Positions 39,158 to 47,885 of a DNA stretch of 64,000 nt are shown piece after piece. A program made the translations under genes and the position numbers. Source of the DNA: Candidatus Pacearchaeota archaeon (lineage in GTDB: Archaea; Nanobdellota; Nanobdellia; Pacearchaeales; GW2011-AR1); NCBI GenBank assembly GCA_017609885.1, contig JAFCDB010000001.1, forward strand, positions 6,732 through 70,731. Direction: 5' to 3'. Below the pieces are notes generated by a model. It saw only the letters and a list, made by a program, of their open reading frames with translations. It did not search any database and was not told the origin of the DNA. Each line of letters opens with the position of its first letter. The first letter of the stretch is position 1.

Positions 39158-39715
39158 ATGAAAGAGTGTGAACATATTATCCAAATTCTTGAGCAGGCGA
39201 AAGTTGCTGCGAAAAAAGAGGATTCCATCAAGCTGAAAGAGTTAAGTGATGAATCAATTCACTCAACAACTATTTATAATGACGAAGATAATGCGCTTGT
39301 CGCAGTAATAATTTATACTTTAAGTAAAATAGTTGAAAGAGGGAAAAGATACTACAAGGAAAATTATAAAAATTATTTAAATAAATATATAGAGATAATT
39401 GATGACGCGTTGAGGCACTTAAAAAAAGGCGACAACAAAAAATTTAGAAAGAATATAATTTCTATGATAAAAGCAAAAGGAATTTCAAATGACATAAAAA
39501 AACATTTGGAGGATCTCTTTAGAAAAGCAAAAATCAATAAAGCATCAAGAGTTTATGAACACGGAGTTTCAATGGAAAAAACTGCAAAGCTCCTTGGAAT
39601 TTCTCAGTGGGAGCTTGCAGAGTATACAGGACAAACAAGAATCTCTGAAATGAAGCAGGGAAAAACAATTGATGTAAAAGAAAGAATTAAATTAGCAATG
39701 GAGATATTTGGATGA
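39158..39715 (+). CDS. Hypothetical protein with C-terminal HTH
   Basis: GVSMEKTAKLLGISQWEL. Confidence 0.65.
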   Translation: MKECEHIIQILEQAKVAAKKEDSIKLKELSDESIHSTTIYNDEDNALVAVIIYTLSKIVERGKRYYKENYKNYLNKYIEIIDDALRHLKKGDNKKFRKNIISMIKAKGISNDIKKHLEDLFRKAKINKASRVYEHGVSMEKTAKLLGISQWELAEYTGQTRISEMKQGKTIDVKERIKLAMEIFG

Positions 39716-39921
39716 AAGTAACAAAAAGCGAAAAAAGAAAATATGTTCTTAAAGAAAAGAAAGATTTTTTAATCCTATCTAAAATAAAAGAATTGGAAAA
39801 ATGTAAATTAAATAAGCAAGATGAAAAGATTGTTAAATTAATTAGAACACAATTAGAGGAGAATTGGAGGACTCCCTTAATTAAATTTCTTAATAAATTA
39901 TTGGTAAAATATGAAAAATGA
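39712..39921 (+). CDS. Small basic hypothetical protein
   Basis: ATGA overlap with the previous gene. Confidence 0.55.
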   Translation: MKVTKSEKRKYVLKEKKDFLILSKIKELEKCKLNKQDEKIVKLIRTQLEENWRTPLIKFLNKLLVKYEK

Positions 39922-40018
39922 AAAAAAGTCACCTAATGGTATGGCATAAGGTCGTCGCAAATCTTAATATTTATAATAGCTTGAACTATTTAAATGTTTT
40001 TGATTTGGAGGTCCAAAA

Positions 40019-40699
40019 ATGAAAACCCAAAAAGCGATTGTCTTTGACACAGGAACTTTGATAACTTTTTCAATGAACTGTCTGCTGGATATTCTAAGAG
40101 ATTTGAAAAAACAATTTAATGGGAAATTTATAATTACGGATAATGTAAAATATGAAATGATAACTCGGCCGATGAATATAAAAAAGTATAAACTTGGTGC
40201 CTTGAGATTAAAAGCTTTGTATGATGAAAAAATTGTAGAAGGTCCGACTTGTTTTGGAATAAATCAGGATGAAATAAATAAACAAACAAAAGATTTTTTG
40301 AAATTGGCGAATTCTGTTTTTTACAAAGATAAAAATCCAATTCATCTCATTGATCAAGGAGAAGCGCAGTGTCTCGCACTTAGTTCAATCTTATCAGAAA
40401 AAGGAATTAAAAATGTTATTGCAATTGACGAGAGAACAACAAGAATGCTTTGCGAGAGACCTGAAAATTTGAGAAAATTAATGGAAAAAAAACTTCACAC
40501 AAAAATAATCTCAAAATCTATAGATAAAAAATTGAAAAAATTCAAATTTATTCGTTCAAGCGAACTTGTTTTTGTTGCCTATAAAAAAGGCCTTGTTAAA
40601 AAAGATGCAGAAATTTTAGATGCGATGTTGTATGGGGTGAAGTTCAAAGGGTGCGCGATTTCAGGAGATGAAATAAAAATCATGGAAAAGATTATGTAA
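40019..40699 (+). CDS. PIN-fold protein (DUF3368-like)
   Basis: VFDTGTLI, VKYE, IDQGEAQCLAL, AIDER. Confidence 0.7.
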   Translation: MKTQKAIVFDTGTLITFSMNCLLDILRDLKKQFNGKFIITDNVKYEMITRPMNIKKYKLGALRLKALYDEKIVEGPTCFGINQDEINKQTKDFLKLANSVFYKDKNPIHLIDQGEAQCLALSSILSEKGIKNVIAIDERTTRMLCERPENLRKLMEKKLHTKIISKSIDKKLKKFKFIRSSELVFVAYKKGLVKKDAEILDAMLYGVKFKGCAISGDEIKIMEKIM

Positions 40700-40734
40700 G
40701 AAATATTTATAAATACAAGATTCCATTAAATAAC

Positions 40735-41565
40735 ATGAGAGGAAAGATAATAATCTCAATTTTTGTGCTGACAATGGCTTTGTCATTAGTGGTTGCGCAG
40801 GATTTGAAAGTGCATGTAAAAACTATGCCGACCCATGATGTTTATACATCTATTTTAACTCCAAGCGAGGGATTTAATTCAGTTCAAACATTAAAACAAT
40901 ATTCTGGATATGAGGGAATTGCAAATTTTGATTTCTCTTTTGAAAACACTTTGAATAAATTTGATGTTTATGTTGTTGTGAAGGAAGATGATTTAAGGGT
41001 AGCAATAAAGAGATTTGAAGACCAGCCAGCAGGAAAAGAACTTTATGTTGAAATCATGGACGAAGACACAGCTTTGATTAGCACAGAGGCGTTCGGGGGA
41101 ATGGGAGAAGAAATTGAAATGCTTGAAGGAAATGAAACAGTAGGGAATTTAACAGGCAATGAAACTGAACTTTTAAGTGATGAAGAAACTGAGGAGGCTG
41201 AAGAAGAGAGAGAAGGGCAGCCAATAACTGGATTGATAGTTTCAAACTTGAAAAATGCATTTTCTAAATTTAAGTATTATCTTTTGGGAATTATTGTTAT
41301 TGCAGGAATTCTTTTATTAGTTGTGTTTGGAAGAAATAAACTGACAAAGACAATTTCTTTTGAAAACAGTAAGCCACCAATAATTTTTGAGGGAAATAAA
41401 CTTAGAGATGCAGAAAGAAAATTAAAGGAAGCTCGTGCAGAATTAAAAGAAATGGAAGATGAAATTAACAAAGTGAAAAACAAAAAAGGACGAGTTGCTG
41501 AACTAAAAAGAAAGATGGCAGAAGAAGCAGAGGAGTTAAAAAGATTGGGCGGGGACAAGGATTGA
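40735..41565 (+). CDS. Secreted/TM protein with cytoplasmic coiled coil
   Basis: Signal peptide, ITGLIV motif, TM, coiled coil. Confidence 0.6.
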   Translation: MRGKIIISIFVLTMALSLVVAQDLKVHVKTMPTHDVYTSILTPSEGFNSVQTLKQYSGYEGIANFDFSFENTLNKFDVYVVVKEDDLRVAIKRFEDQPAGKELYVEIMDEDTALISTEAFGGMGEEIEMLEGNETVGNLTGNETELLSDEETEEAEEEREGQPITGLIVSNLKNAFSKFKYYLLGIIVIAGILLLVVFGRNKLTKTISFENSKPPIIFEGNKLRDAERKLKEARAELKEMEDEINKVKNKKGRVAELKRKMAEEAEELKRLGGDKD

Positions 41566-41609
41566 TTCTATAGTTATACTTATAAATACTGATATTTTAG
41601 AATTTTTAA

Positions 41610-41680
41610 GGGTCCATAGTTTAGTGGTAAAATGGCCGGCTCCAGCCCGGCAGCTGGGGGTTCGATTCCTCCTGGGCCCA
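41610..41680 (+). tRNA. tRNA-Trp(CCA), intronless
   Basis: GGGTCCA/TGGGCCC acceptor, GCCGG-CTCCAGC-CCGGC anticodon arm, TTCGATT T-loop. Confidence 0.93.
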
Positions 41681-41703
41681 TCAAACAATAAATTTTATAA
41701 AAA

Positions 41704-42270
41704 ATGCCACGAAACCAATTCCAATTTAGAAAACAAAATCAGCTAAAAAAATCAGATAAATCTCTCAAACAAAACTGGGATAAAAAAATAGTAGAACTCT
41801 GCAAAAAAATTAACAAGAGTGAAAATTATTATACAACTTCTTCATGTAGTGGAAGAGTTTTACTTTTGGTGAATTCGAGGGAGAAGCGCGACAATCTTTT
41901 TATAAAAGTTTGGCATGATAAAATTTCATTTGAGAAATTGAAAAAAAGTTTGGAAGAAATTAATTCAGAAGAATTAATTTATTTTAAGCAAGAACCGTGT
42001 ATTATGCATGTTGCTACTGAGAGTTTGGAAGATGCGCAGGAGATTCATGATTTAGGAAAGGAAGCAGGATGGAAGCGGTGCGGGATAATAGCGTCGAGAA
42101 ATAGGTTTGTTGTTGAATTAAATGCAACTGGAAAATTAGAATTTCCAATATTTTATAAAAAAATCTTAGTTAATGACAAATTTTTGAAAATTGTTGTTGA
42201 AGAAGCGAATAAAAAGTTGGAAGATTCGTGGAGTTGTATTGAGAAATTAACTAACACTCTTACCACTTAA
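41704..42270 (+). CDS. taw3: tRNA wyosine methyltransferase Taw3/Tyw3
   Basis: YYTTSSCSGR, WH, EPCIMHV. Confidence 0.9.
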   Translation: MPRNQFQFRKQNQLKKSDKSLKQNWDKKIVELCKKINKSENYYTTSSCSGRVLLLVNSREKRDNLFIKVWHDKISFEKLKKSLEEINSEELIYFKQEPCIMHVATESLEDAQEIHDLGKEAGWKRCGIIASRNRFVVELNATGKLEFPIFYKKILVNDKFLKIVVEEANKKLEDSWSCIEKLTNTLTT

Positions 42271-43281
42271 AATCTGGTCCCGCAAATAATGAATCTCCTC
42301 CCGAACTGATTCAGCATCTTCTTTCAACAAATTCTTAAATTCCTCAGGAGTTGCCTTAAACAGCCTCTCAAGATTTTTAAATTTCTTTACAATCTGCGAA
42401 ATAATTGCTTCATCTAAATTTAAATTTGACAAAAACCGATAACCCCGCGTAGAAATATTTTCTTCAACTGGTCCTCCAATCATTAATTTTGCCATTATTT
42501 CTCTATCAACTAAACTATCAAAATTAAATGTTTCAAGAAGAGCCCTGGATTTTTTCAACGGCAAACGGCTGTAGTCTCTCATCACCTCGTCCTGAGTTTT
42601 TTCAACGCCACGTATCAACTCTTTGTATCTAATATTCATAATTGTTCCAATATTTCCCAGCTCGGTAAAATATCTTTTTATCATCTCTGCGATTCGCAAA
42701 ATCATTTCAGATCTTTGCATAAGATTGCAAACATCGCTGATTGTCACAAGATTTGACATTTCTAAAATATCAAGTTTTTCTTTATATTCATTAAATAGTT
42801 CCCTTTGTTTTTCCAAAAGTTGCAAATTACTACTGACTTCTCCGAGAAGTTTTGTTGTATTTTTGAGAAAATATTTTGCGCTTCCAAGATAAAGAGTTGT
42901 TTTTATTTTTCTTTCTGAAACTGCAATGACAAAAGTGTTTGCTTGCTTTGCGATTCTTTCAGCTGCTCTGTGTCTTGTTCCTGTTTCAATTGAATCGATT
43001 GTATGGTCTGGATTAAGCACAATATTCGCATAGACGATTTTTTTTAAATCAGGTGAAACAACAACAGCGCCATCCATTTTGCAAAGTTCAAATAATTTGT
43101 TGGAGGTAAATTTGCAGTTAACTTTAAATCCTCCTTCGATTAAACTTTGAAGTTCGACACTATCAAAAACTATCAGCGCCCCCATGTTCGCATTCATCAA
43201 ATCATCTACCACAGTTCTCAGCGAATTTCCAGGCGAAACTTTCTTTAAATATTCTGTAAATTTTGATTCTTTTTCTGTCAT
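42247..43281 (-). CDS. disA: DisA-type diadenylate cyclase (DNA integrity scanning protein)
   Basis: Intact DGA (KMDGAVV) and GTRHR motifs, helical linker, HhH-like C-terminus. Confidence 0.88.
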   Translation of the reverse strand: MTEKESKFTEYLKKVSPGNSLRTVVDDLMNANMGALIVFDSVELQSLIEGGFKVNCKFTSNKLFELCKMDGAVVVSPDLKKIVYANIVLNPDHTIDSIETGTRHRAAERIAKQANTFVIAVSERKIKTTLYLGSAKYFLKNTTKLLGEVSSNLQLLEKQRELFNEYKEKLDILEMSNLVTISDVCNLMQRSEMILRIAEMIKRYFTELGNIGTIMNIRYKELIRGVEKTQDEVMRDYSRLPLKKSRALLETFNFDSLVDREIMAKLMIGGPVEENISTRGYRFLSNLNLDEAIISQIVKKFKNLERLFKATPEEFKNLLKEDAESVREEIHYLRDQILSGKSVS

Positions 43282-43406
43282 GAGCAACTAAGAAATGCTT
43301 GGAGTTTAAATGTTTTTGGGTTGATGCTGGATATAATTTTATAAATCCCCTTCTTCACACATTTATATAAAACTAATCCAATTTAAATATTTGCTAGTTG
43401 AATAAA

Positions 43407-43484
43407 ATGGTGGAAGAGATTAGAGAAGTTTTGGTGGAGAAGGGAATTGGAGATGAGAAAATTATTTATGAGAAGTATGGTTAG
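43407..43484 (+). pseudogene. Fragment resembling the C-terminus of an FNR-type oxidoreductase
   Basis: MVEEIREVLVEKGIGDEKIIYEKYG* resembles the M...L...G...I..E.F/Y terminus of ferredoxin reductase-like proteins. Confidence 0.45.
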
Positions 43485-43756
43485 GGGAGGGGGAATTTGC
43501 TCCCGAATTGGGCTTCGCCACAATTCTCTACGGGAAATACTGCTAATCTCTGGAACAATATTTATTACGATTTAGATTAACTTATTCAGATATATTTTAG
43601 AAAATCAAATCTGCAAATCTTTGAAGAATTTTATGAATTTACTTATTTCCCTAAAATTTTTTTCCTCCTAATCTCGCTCGCCTTGTTTCATCCTCTTTTC
43701 TCTCCTACTAGCGAAATTGCTCGCGAACCCCGAGACAAAAATTCTTCCCCTTCCCT
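43483..43756. repeat. Structured non-coding repeat (R1), copy b, with imperfect terminal inverted repeats (MITE-like)
   Basis: Left AGGGGAGGGGGAATTTGCTCCCG vs right CGAGACAAAAATTCTTCCCCTTCCCT; homologous to 8565-8770. Confidence 0.75.
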
Positions 43757-43790
43757 CAAAAATTCATAGTGTTCTAGAAACTCCTGTTAC

Positions 43791-45848
43791 CTAAACACGA
43801 AACTCATCCAGCTTTTTATATTCTTGATTCCTCTTCAAAAATCCATCAATAAATTTCTTATTATTACTTCTGTCAAGAAGTTTTTTAACTGAAAAAGTTT
43901 TTAATCCAAATTTCGCAACATAAGGTGCTAATTTTGCTTTCGATGTAACTTCCTTAGATGTAGATTCTCCAAGCAAAACACAGTTGTCAGCAATTTCTGA
44001 AATTTTCTTTGCATCTGAAAGTCCATTTCCAAGAGAAGTGAAAAGTAATTTGTTATTTTGTTTTTTTGCAACAATATCTCCCGAATTAATTCCGATTCCA
44101 AAATTTATTTTTTGGGTAAACCTTGAATTATGTTCTCTTAATTTGCCTGAAATCTCTTCTGCTAATTTTAATGTATTAAATGAGTTGTTGAAAGTTTTTG
44201 TTATGCTCGGCGTGAAAATTCCAACTATGTAGTTTTCTGTTTTATAGATTTTTCCGTTGTTTTCTGAAATTAAATTCACTGCGTTTTGCAAATCTTCTCC
44301 AGCATTTGATTTTGATTTTTTTATGTCGTCCATGTTTTTTATTTTCAGTGCGAGAATTGAAGATTTTTGCTTTTCACCGTCGATTACAAGAGAGTGGCTT
44401 GCATCTGTGTTTCCTAAAATTTCAGGTTTTGAAGTTTTAGTGTGAGGAGTTATTTTTACAACACCTCCCTCATAAGGCGACTTTTTTTTGAAATTAATTT
44501 TATTTTTTATTCTATTTTTAAAGTTTAATTTTTTTGAAAGTTTTTCAGGTAATATTGATTTTTTGTCTATAACCCTTTTTGATGCAACAAAAACAAAAAT
44601 TCCCAAAATTAAGATTACAAAAAGCCAGGCGAAAAATCCCTTGCTCATCATTTCTAAAGTTGATTTTTTTCCCTTGATTGAAATTGCGCTTCCGGTTAAT
44701 AATGCGCTTCCTTCAATTTCCTGGGTGTCGTCTTTGACTTTTATGTTATATTCTCCGTCAGGAGCTTTGAGTTCGAATTCTAATGATTTTCCAACAGATA
44801 TGTTGATGTCCTTTATTTCAGTGTGGTTTCCAATTGAAATTTCCACAAATTTATCATAGGGCACGTTTCCAATGTTTTTTATTGCGAGAGTGTCATTTAT
44901 CAATTCGAAGATTGCCTCTTTGTTTGACCCGACATAAATTTGCATTTGTTCTGTAATTTCTTTTGATTCTGCACTAAGATTTATATATCCCAAAGGGTTA
45001 TTTTTTTTAACTTTATAAATAGTTGACTCACCTGTTGTTGTTAAGATGTTGAATATTTCTTCTCCTTGAGAATTTGTTAAGATAAATAAAACCTGCTCGC
45101 CTTCGATAGTGTGTTCTGCCTGGTCATAAAGAATTGCTTTGATTTCCAAATCGCCCCCTGCTTTTACTTCCTCTAAACATGAAAGTTCTAAGCTCCTTGG
45201 CTTTTGCAAGATTGTAATTGTGAAATTTCTCAAGCCATTATTTGTTATTTCCTCTTCTTCTTTTTCATATGCAAAAACATTTAATGTATAAACTCCTGAT
45301 GCAAGATTTTCCGGCAGGATTAATTCTCCATTGAATTTGTTTTTTTCAATTGGTGTTATAATTTCTAATTCTGTTTTATCTAATGAAACTTCTGCAAATC
45401 CGGTTACAGTTTCTCTGTTTGGTTTGTTTGTCGTTCCTTCAAATTTAATTGTTGTGTTTGGCTCGAATTCCATTGTATTAAAAGTCATGTCAATGCCAAT
45501 ATCGTCTGCAATTTTAAAGTCCATGCTTTTTTTTGAGATTTCATTAAAAGTTAAAAGCAGATGGCAGTTGCCGCTCATTCCTCTTAAGAAATTCAGTGTT
45601 AGCGGAAAGACAAGTTCTTTTTTTGTGTCTTTTTCTCCAAAGTGGTTGAAAAACAAAAGTTTTGTTTGGTTGTTGCAGACTAAATCGAGATTTGCCCATC
45701 CTACTTCTCTGTCAGTTCCTATGGTTACTTTAAGTTCTTCGCCGAGAGTGTAAAGGTCGTTTGGCTGCTTTGACAAAAAAACTTCTGCGCTTGCCACAGA
45801 AATTAAAAAAATTGCAATTAGTCCAAATGTCACCAATCTTTTCATCAT
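43791..45848 (-). CDS. Surface receptor-like protein with degenerate class III nucleotidyl-cyclase domain
   Basis: Signal peptide, beta-rich ectodomain, TM, then FGIGINSGDIVA...FTSLGN...VLLGEST cyclase-like fold. Confidence 0.6.
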   Translation of the reverse strand: MMKRLVTFGLIAIFLISVASAEVFLSKQPNDLYTLGEELKVTIGTDREVGWANLDLVCNNQTKLLFFNHFGEKDTKKELVFPLTLNFLRGMSGNCHLLLTFNEISKKSMDFKIADDIGIDMTFNTMEFEPNTTIKFEGTTNKPNRETVTGFAEVSLDKTELEIITPIEKNKFNGELILPENLASGVYTLNVFAYEKEEEEITNNGLRNFTITILQKPRSLELSCLEEVKAGGDLEIKAILYDQAEHTIEGEQVLFILTNSQGEEIFNILTTTGESTIYKVKKNNPLGYINLSAESKEITEQMQIYVGSNKEAIFELINDTLAIKNIGNVPYDKFVEISIGNHTEIKDINISVGKSLEFELKAPDGEYNIKVKDDTQEIEGSALLTGSAISIKGKKSTLEMMSKGFFAWLFVILILGIFVFVASKRVIDKKSILPEKLSKKLNFKNRIKNKINFKKKSPYEGGVVKITPHTKTSKPEILGNTDASHSLVIDGEKQKSSILALKIKNMDDIKKSKSNAGEDLQNAVNLISENNGKIYKTENYIVGIFTPSITKTFNNSFNTLKLAEEISGKLREHNSRFTQKINFGIGINSGDIVAKKQNNKLLFTSLGNGLSDAKKISEIADNCVLLGESTSKEVTSKAKLAPYVAKFGLKTFSVKKLLDRSNNKKFIDGFLKRNQEYKKLDEFRV

Positions 45849-45893
45849 ATTATATAGAAAATATAGGGATATTTAAATCTTGTTGCAGGGCAG

Positions 45894-46619
45894 TTAAAGC
45901 CAGCCCATAACCATTGCCAGCCCAAGGGCAAGTAAAATAATTCCTGCGACCAAGTGCATTATCCTAATGTGCCGGTCTTTCCATTGCTGTGCGTTTTCAA
46001 CAGTTGTGTATCCAAAATAAATTAGGAAAGTAATTGCAAGCATTGGCAGGATAAAAATTAAATTGTAGATAAATAAGAAAGGGAAAACATCAAGGATGAT
46101 TTCAAGTTTTTGACTGATATTAAATGCCTGGCTGATTAAACTTCCAAAGATTAAATAAGGGCCTATTGTGCATGGAAGCAGGAAGAGCGTGACAAAAATT
46201 CCTGTTGTGAAAGCACCTTTTACCGAAGTAACTTTCGAAATTATTCTTTTGACTTTTGGACGCAGCATCAGAGGCATTTCAGTTCCGAAAGTTCCTGGGC
46301 TGTATATCAAATAATCTTTAATTCCAAGAAGTCCAAAGAAAATTGCCAAGAATCCAAATCCTTTGTAAAGGTAAGTTGAAATGCTTGTCAAGAGATTATT
46401 TAACCCGCTAAAAATAGTGATGATAATTGTGCCGTAAATTAGATACATGATGAAAACTGCTGAAACAAACGCCAGTCCTGCTTTGAAAACTTTGGATTTT
46501 TTATTGGGATTATAAATCATAATTGAAATTAAAATCATAAATAAAACCGCAAGTGCACATGGATTTACTGAATCTGCAATTGCAAGTCCAATAACTGCAG
46601 GCCAAGTTAGTTCTGTCAT
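45894..46619 (-). CDS. CcdA/DsbD-like TM disulfide transporter
   Basis: DSVNPCA...LLPCTIGPY. Confidence 0.8.
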   Translation of the reverse strand: MTELTWPAVIGLAIADSVNPCALAVLFMILISIMIYNPNKKSKVFKAGLAFVSAVFIMYLIYGTIIITIFSGLNNLLTSISTYLYKGFGFLAIFFGLLGIKDYLIYSPGTFGTEMPLMLRPKVKRIISKVTSVKGAFTTGIFVTLFLLPCTIGPYLIFGSLISQAFNISQKLEIILDVFPFLFIYNLIFILPMLAITFLIYFGYTTVENAQQWKDRHIRIMHLVAGIILLALGLAMVMGWL

Positions 46620-46620
46620 T

Positions 46621-46965
46621 TTAGCATCCTGTTAATTCTTTTAATTTATTAATTGTTTGAACGCCGGCGTATTTTTCTCCTTTAATAATCCAAGATGGCG
46701 TGTGAGTTATTTCGTCTTCTAAGCATTTTTGTCCTTCAAATGTGCAGTCAACAATTGTTAAATAATTTATGTTTTCTCCAAACATTTCCTTCTGCCGTTC
46801 ACATGCTGTGCATCCCAACTGCATATACAAAACAGAGTTTTCTCCAATGCAAATTGCGTCTTGCTCGTTTATAGTTCCTTTATCATAGATGAAAACAAAA
46901 TATGCAATTGAAATTAAAATTAATAATATTGCAATGTTAATTATTACTCCTTTTTTTAATTCCAT
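46621..46965 (-). CDS. Membrane-anchored thioredoxin/glutaredoxin-fold protein
   Basis: CTAC...QKEMFG...TPSW. Confidence 0.75.
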   Translation of the reverse strand: MELKKGVIINIAILLILISIAYFVFIYDKGTINEQDAICIGENSVLYMQLGCTACERQKEMFGENINYLTIVDCTFEGQKCLEDEITHTPSWIIKGEKYAGVQTINKLKELTGC

Positions 46966-47126
46966 GATTTAGCATAGAAAATTTAATTTTTAAATCTTTA
47001 GGCAAGGTGGGTTGCGATTCAATAAATTTAAAAACACAAATCGTCTTTTCTTGTTATCAATGATAGCTGTTAAGACTCCTGTACTAACCCCTCAAATGTG
47101 ATGATGCGTACAGATAGTTAACTGAT

Positions 47127-47201
47127 GGCTCCGTAGCTCAGTCTGGTTAGAGCACTGGCCTTTTAAGCCAGGTGTCGGGGGTTCAAATCCCTCCGGGGCC
47201 A
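47127..47201 (+). tRNA. tRNA-Lys(TTT)
   Basis: GGCTCCG/CGGGGCC acceptor, CTGGC-CTTTTAA-GCCAG, TTCAAAT T-loop. Confidence 0.95.
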
Positions 47202-47320
47202 TTTTTTTGCAATATGTATGTTCTTGAATTTCAACTCGCATGTATTATGGGGGGGTCGAGTGATTTCGCGAGAGGTGTTAGAGATTAGTGAGGTGAGAAA
47301 GGTAAGTCAGGTCATGAGCA

Positions 47321-47335
47321 AAATCCCTCCGGGGC
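47321..47335 (+). repeat. Duplicated tRNA-Lys 3' end (att-like)
   Basis: AAATCCCTCCGGGGC identical to 47185-47199. Confidence 0.8.
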
Positions 47336-47413
47336 TATGATAACTTTCATTTCGGTGTATGTAATAAAAAAATTAAACAAAGGTTTTTGAAATGATAATT
47401 TATTAAAAATAAA

Positions 47414-47760
47414 ATGGGGGGGAAAGAATTTTTAAAACCAGATAGGCATAAAATTATATTAGCATTATTGTTTCCAATTTCCTTTTTCACTTTTGAGTTT
47501 CTTGATGATTTTTTTATAAATATTTATTTGACATTCATGGATTGGTGGGCGGTGTTTTCATGTTATTATATGCTCCTGTCATAATATTTTATGTATTATT
47601 TGTTTACCTAAACATCTTTTCTATGGGCCCTCTTTTTTTTGGAAATAGTAGAAGTAAGGGATTTCTGGGAAATATGACTACATCAATAATAACCTACATA
47701 ATTATGATATTATACACTTATATTTTATCTTGTTTTATTGTTGGATTATTAGAAAAATAA
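47414..47760 (+). pseudogene. Small membrane protein split by a frameshift in a T7 run
   Basis: MGGKEFLKPDRHKIILALLF...DDFF, continuing in the -1 frame as YKYLFDIHGLVGG...LEK*. Confidence 0.55.
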
Positions 47761-47885
47761 AAAATAGAAAAATGAATAATATTCAACAATCAGACGTTTA
47801 AAATTAGCCTCTATAGTATAACTCAAACCACCACAATTTCCCAACCTCAAAATATATTTCCCAGAATATATTAATTTTTAAAGTG

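Noticed and set aside
47061..47125. 5S rRNA
   Set aside because: Only superficial word similarity; too short and lacks the CCGAAC loop
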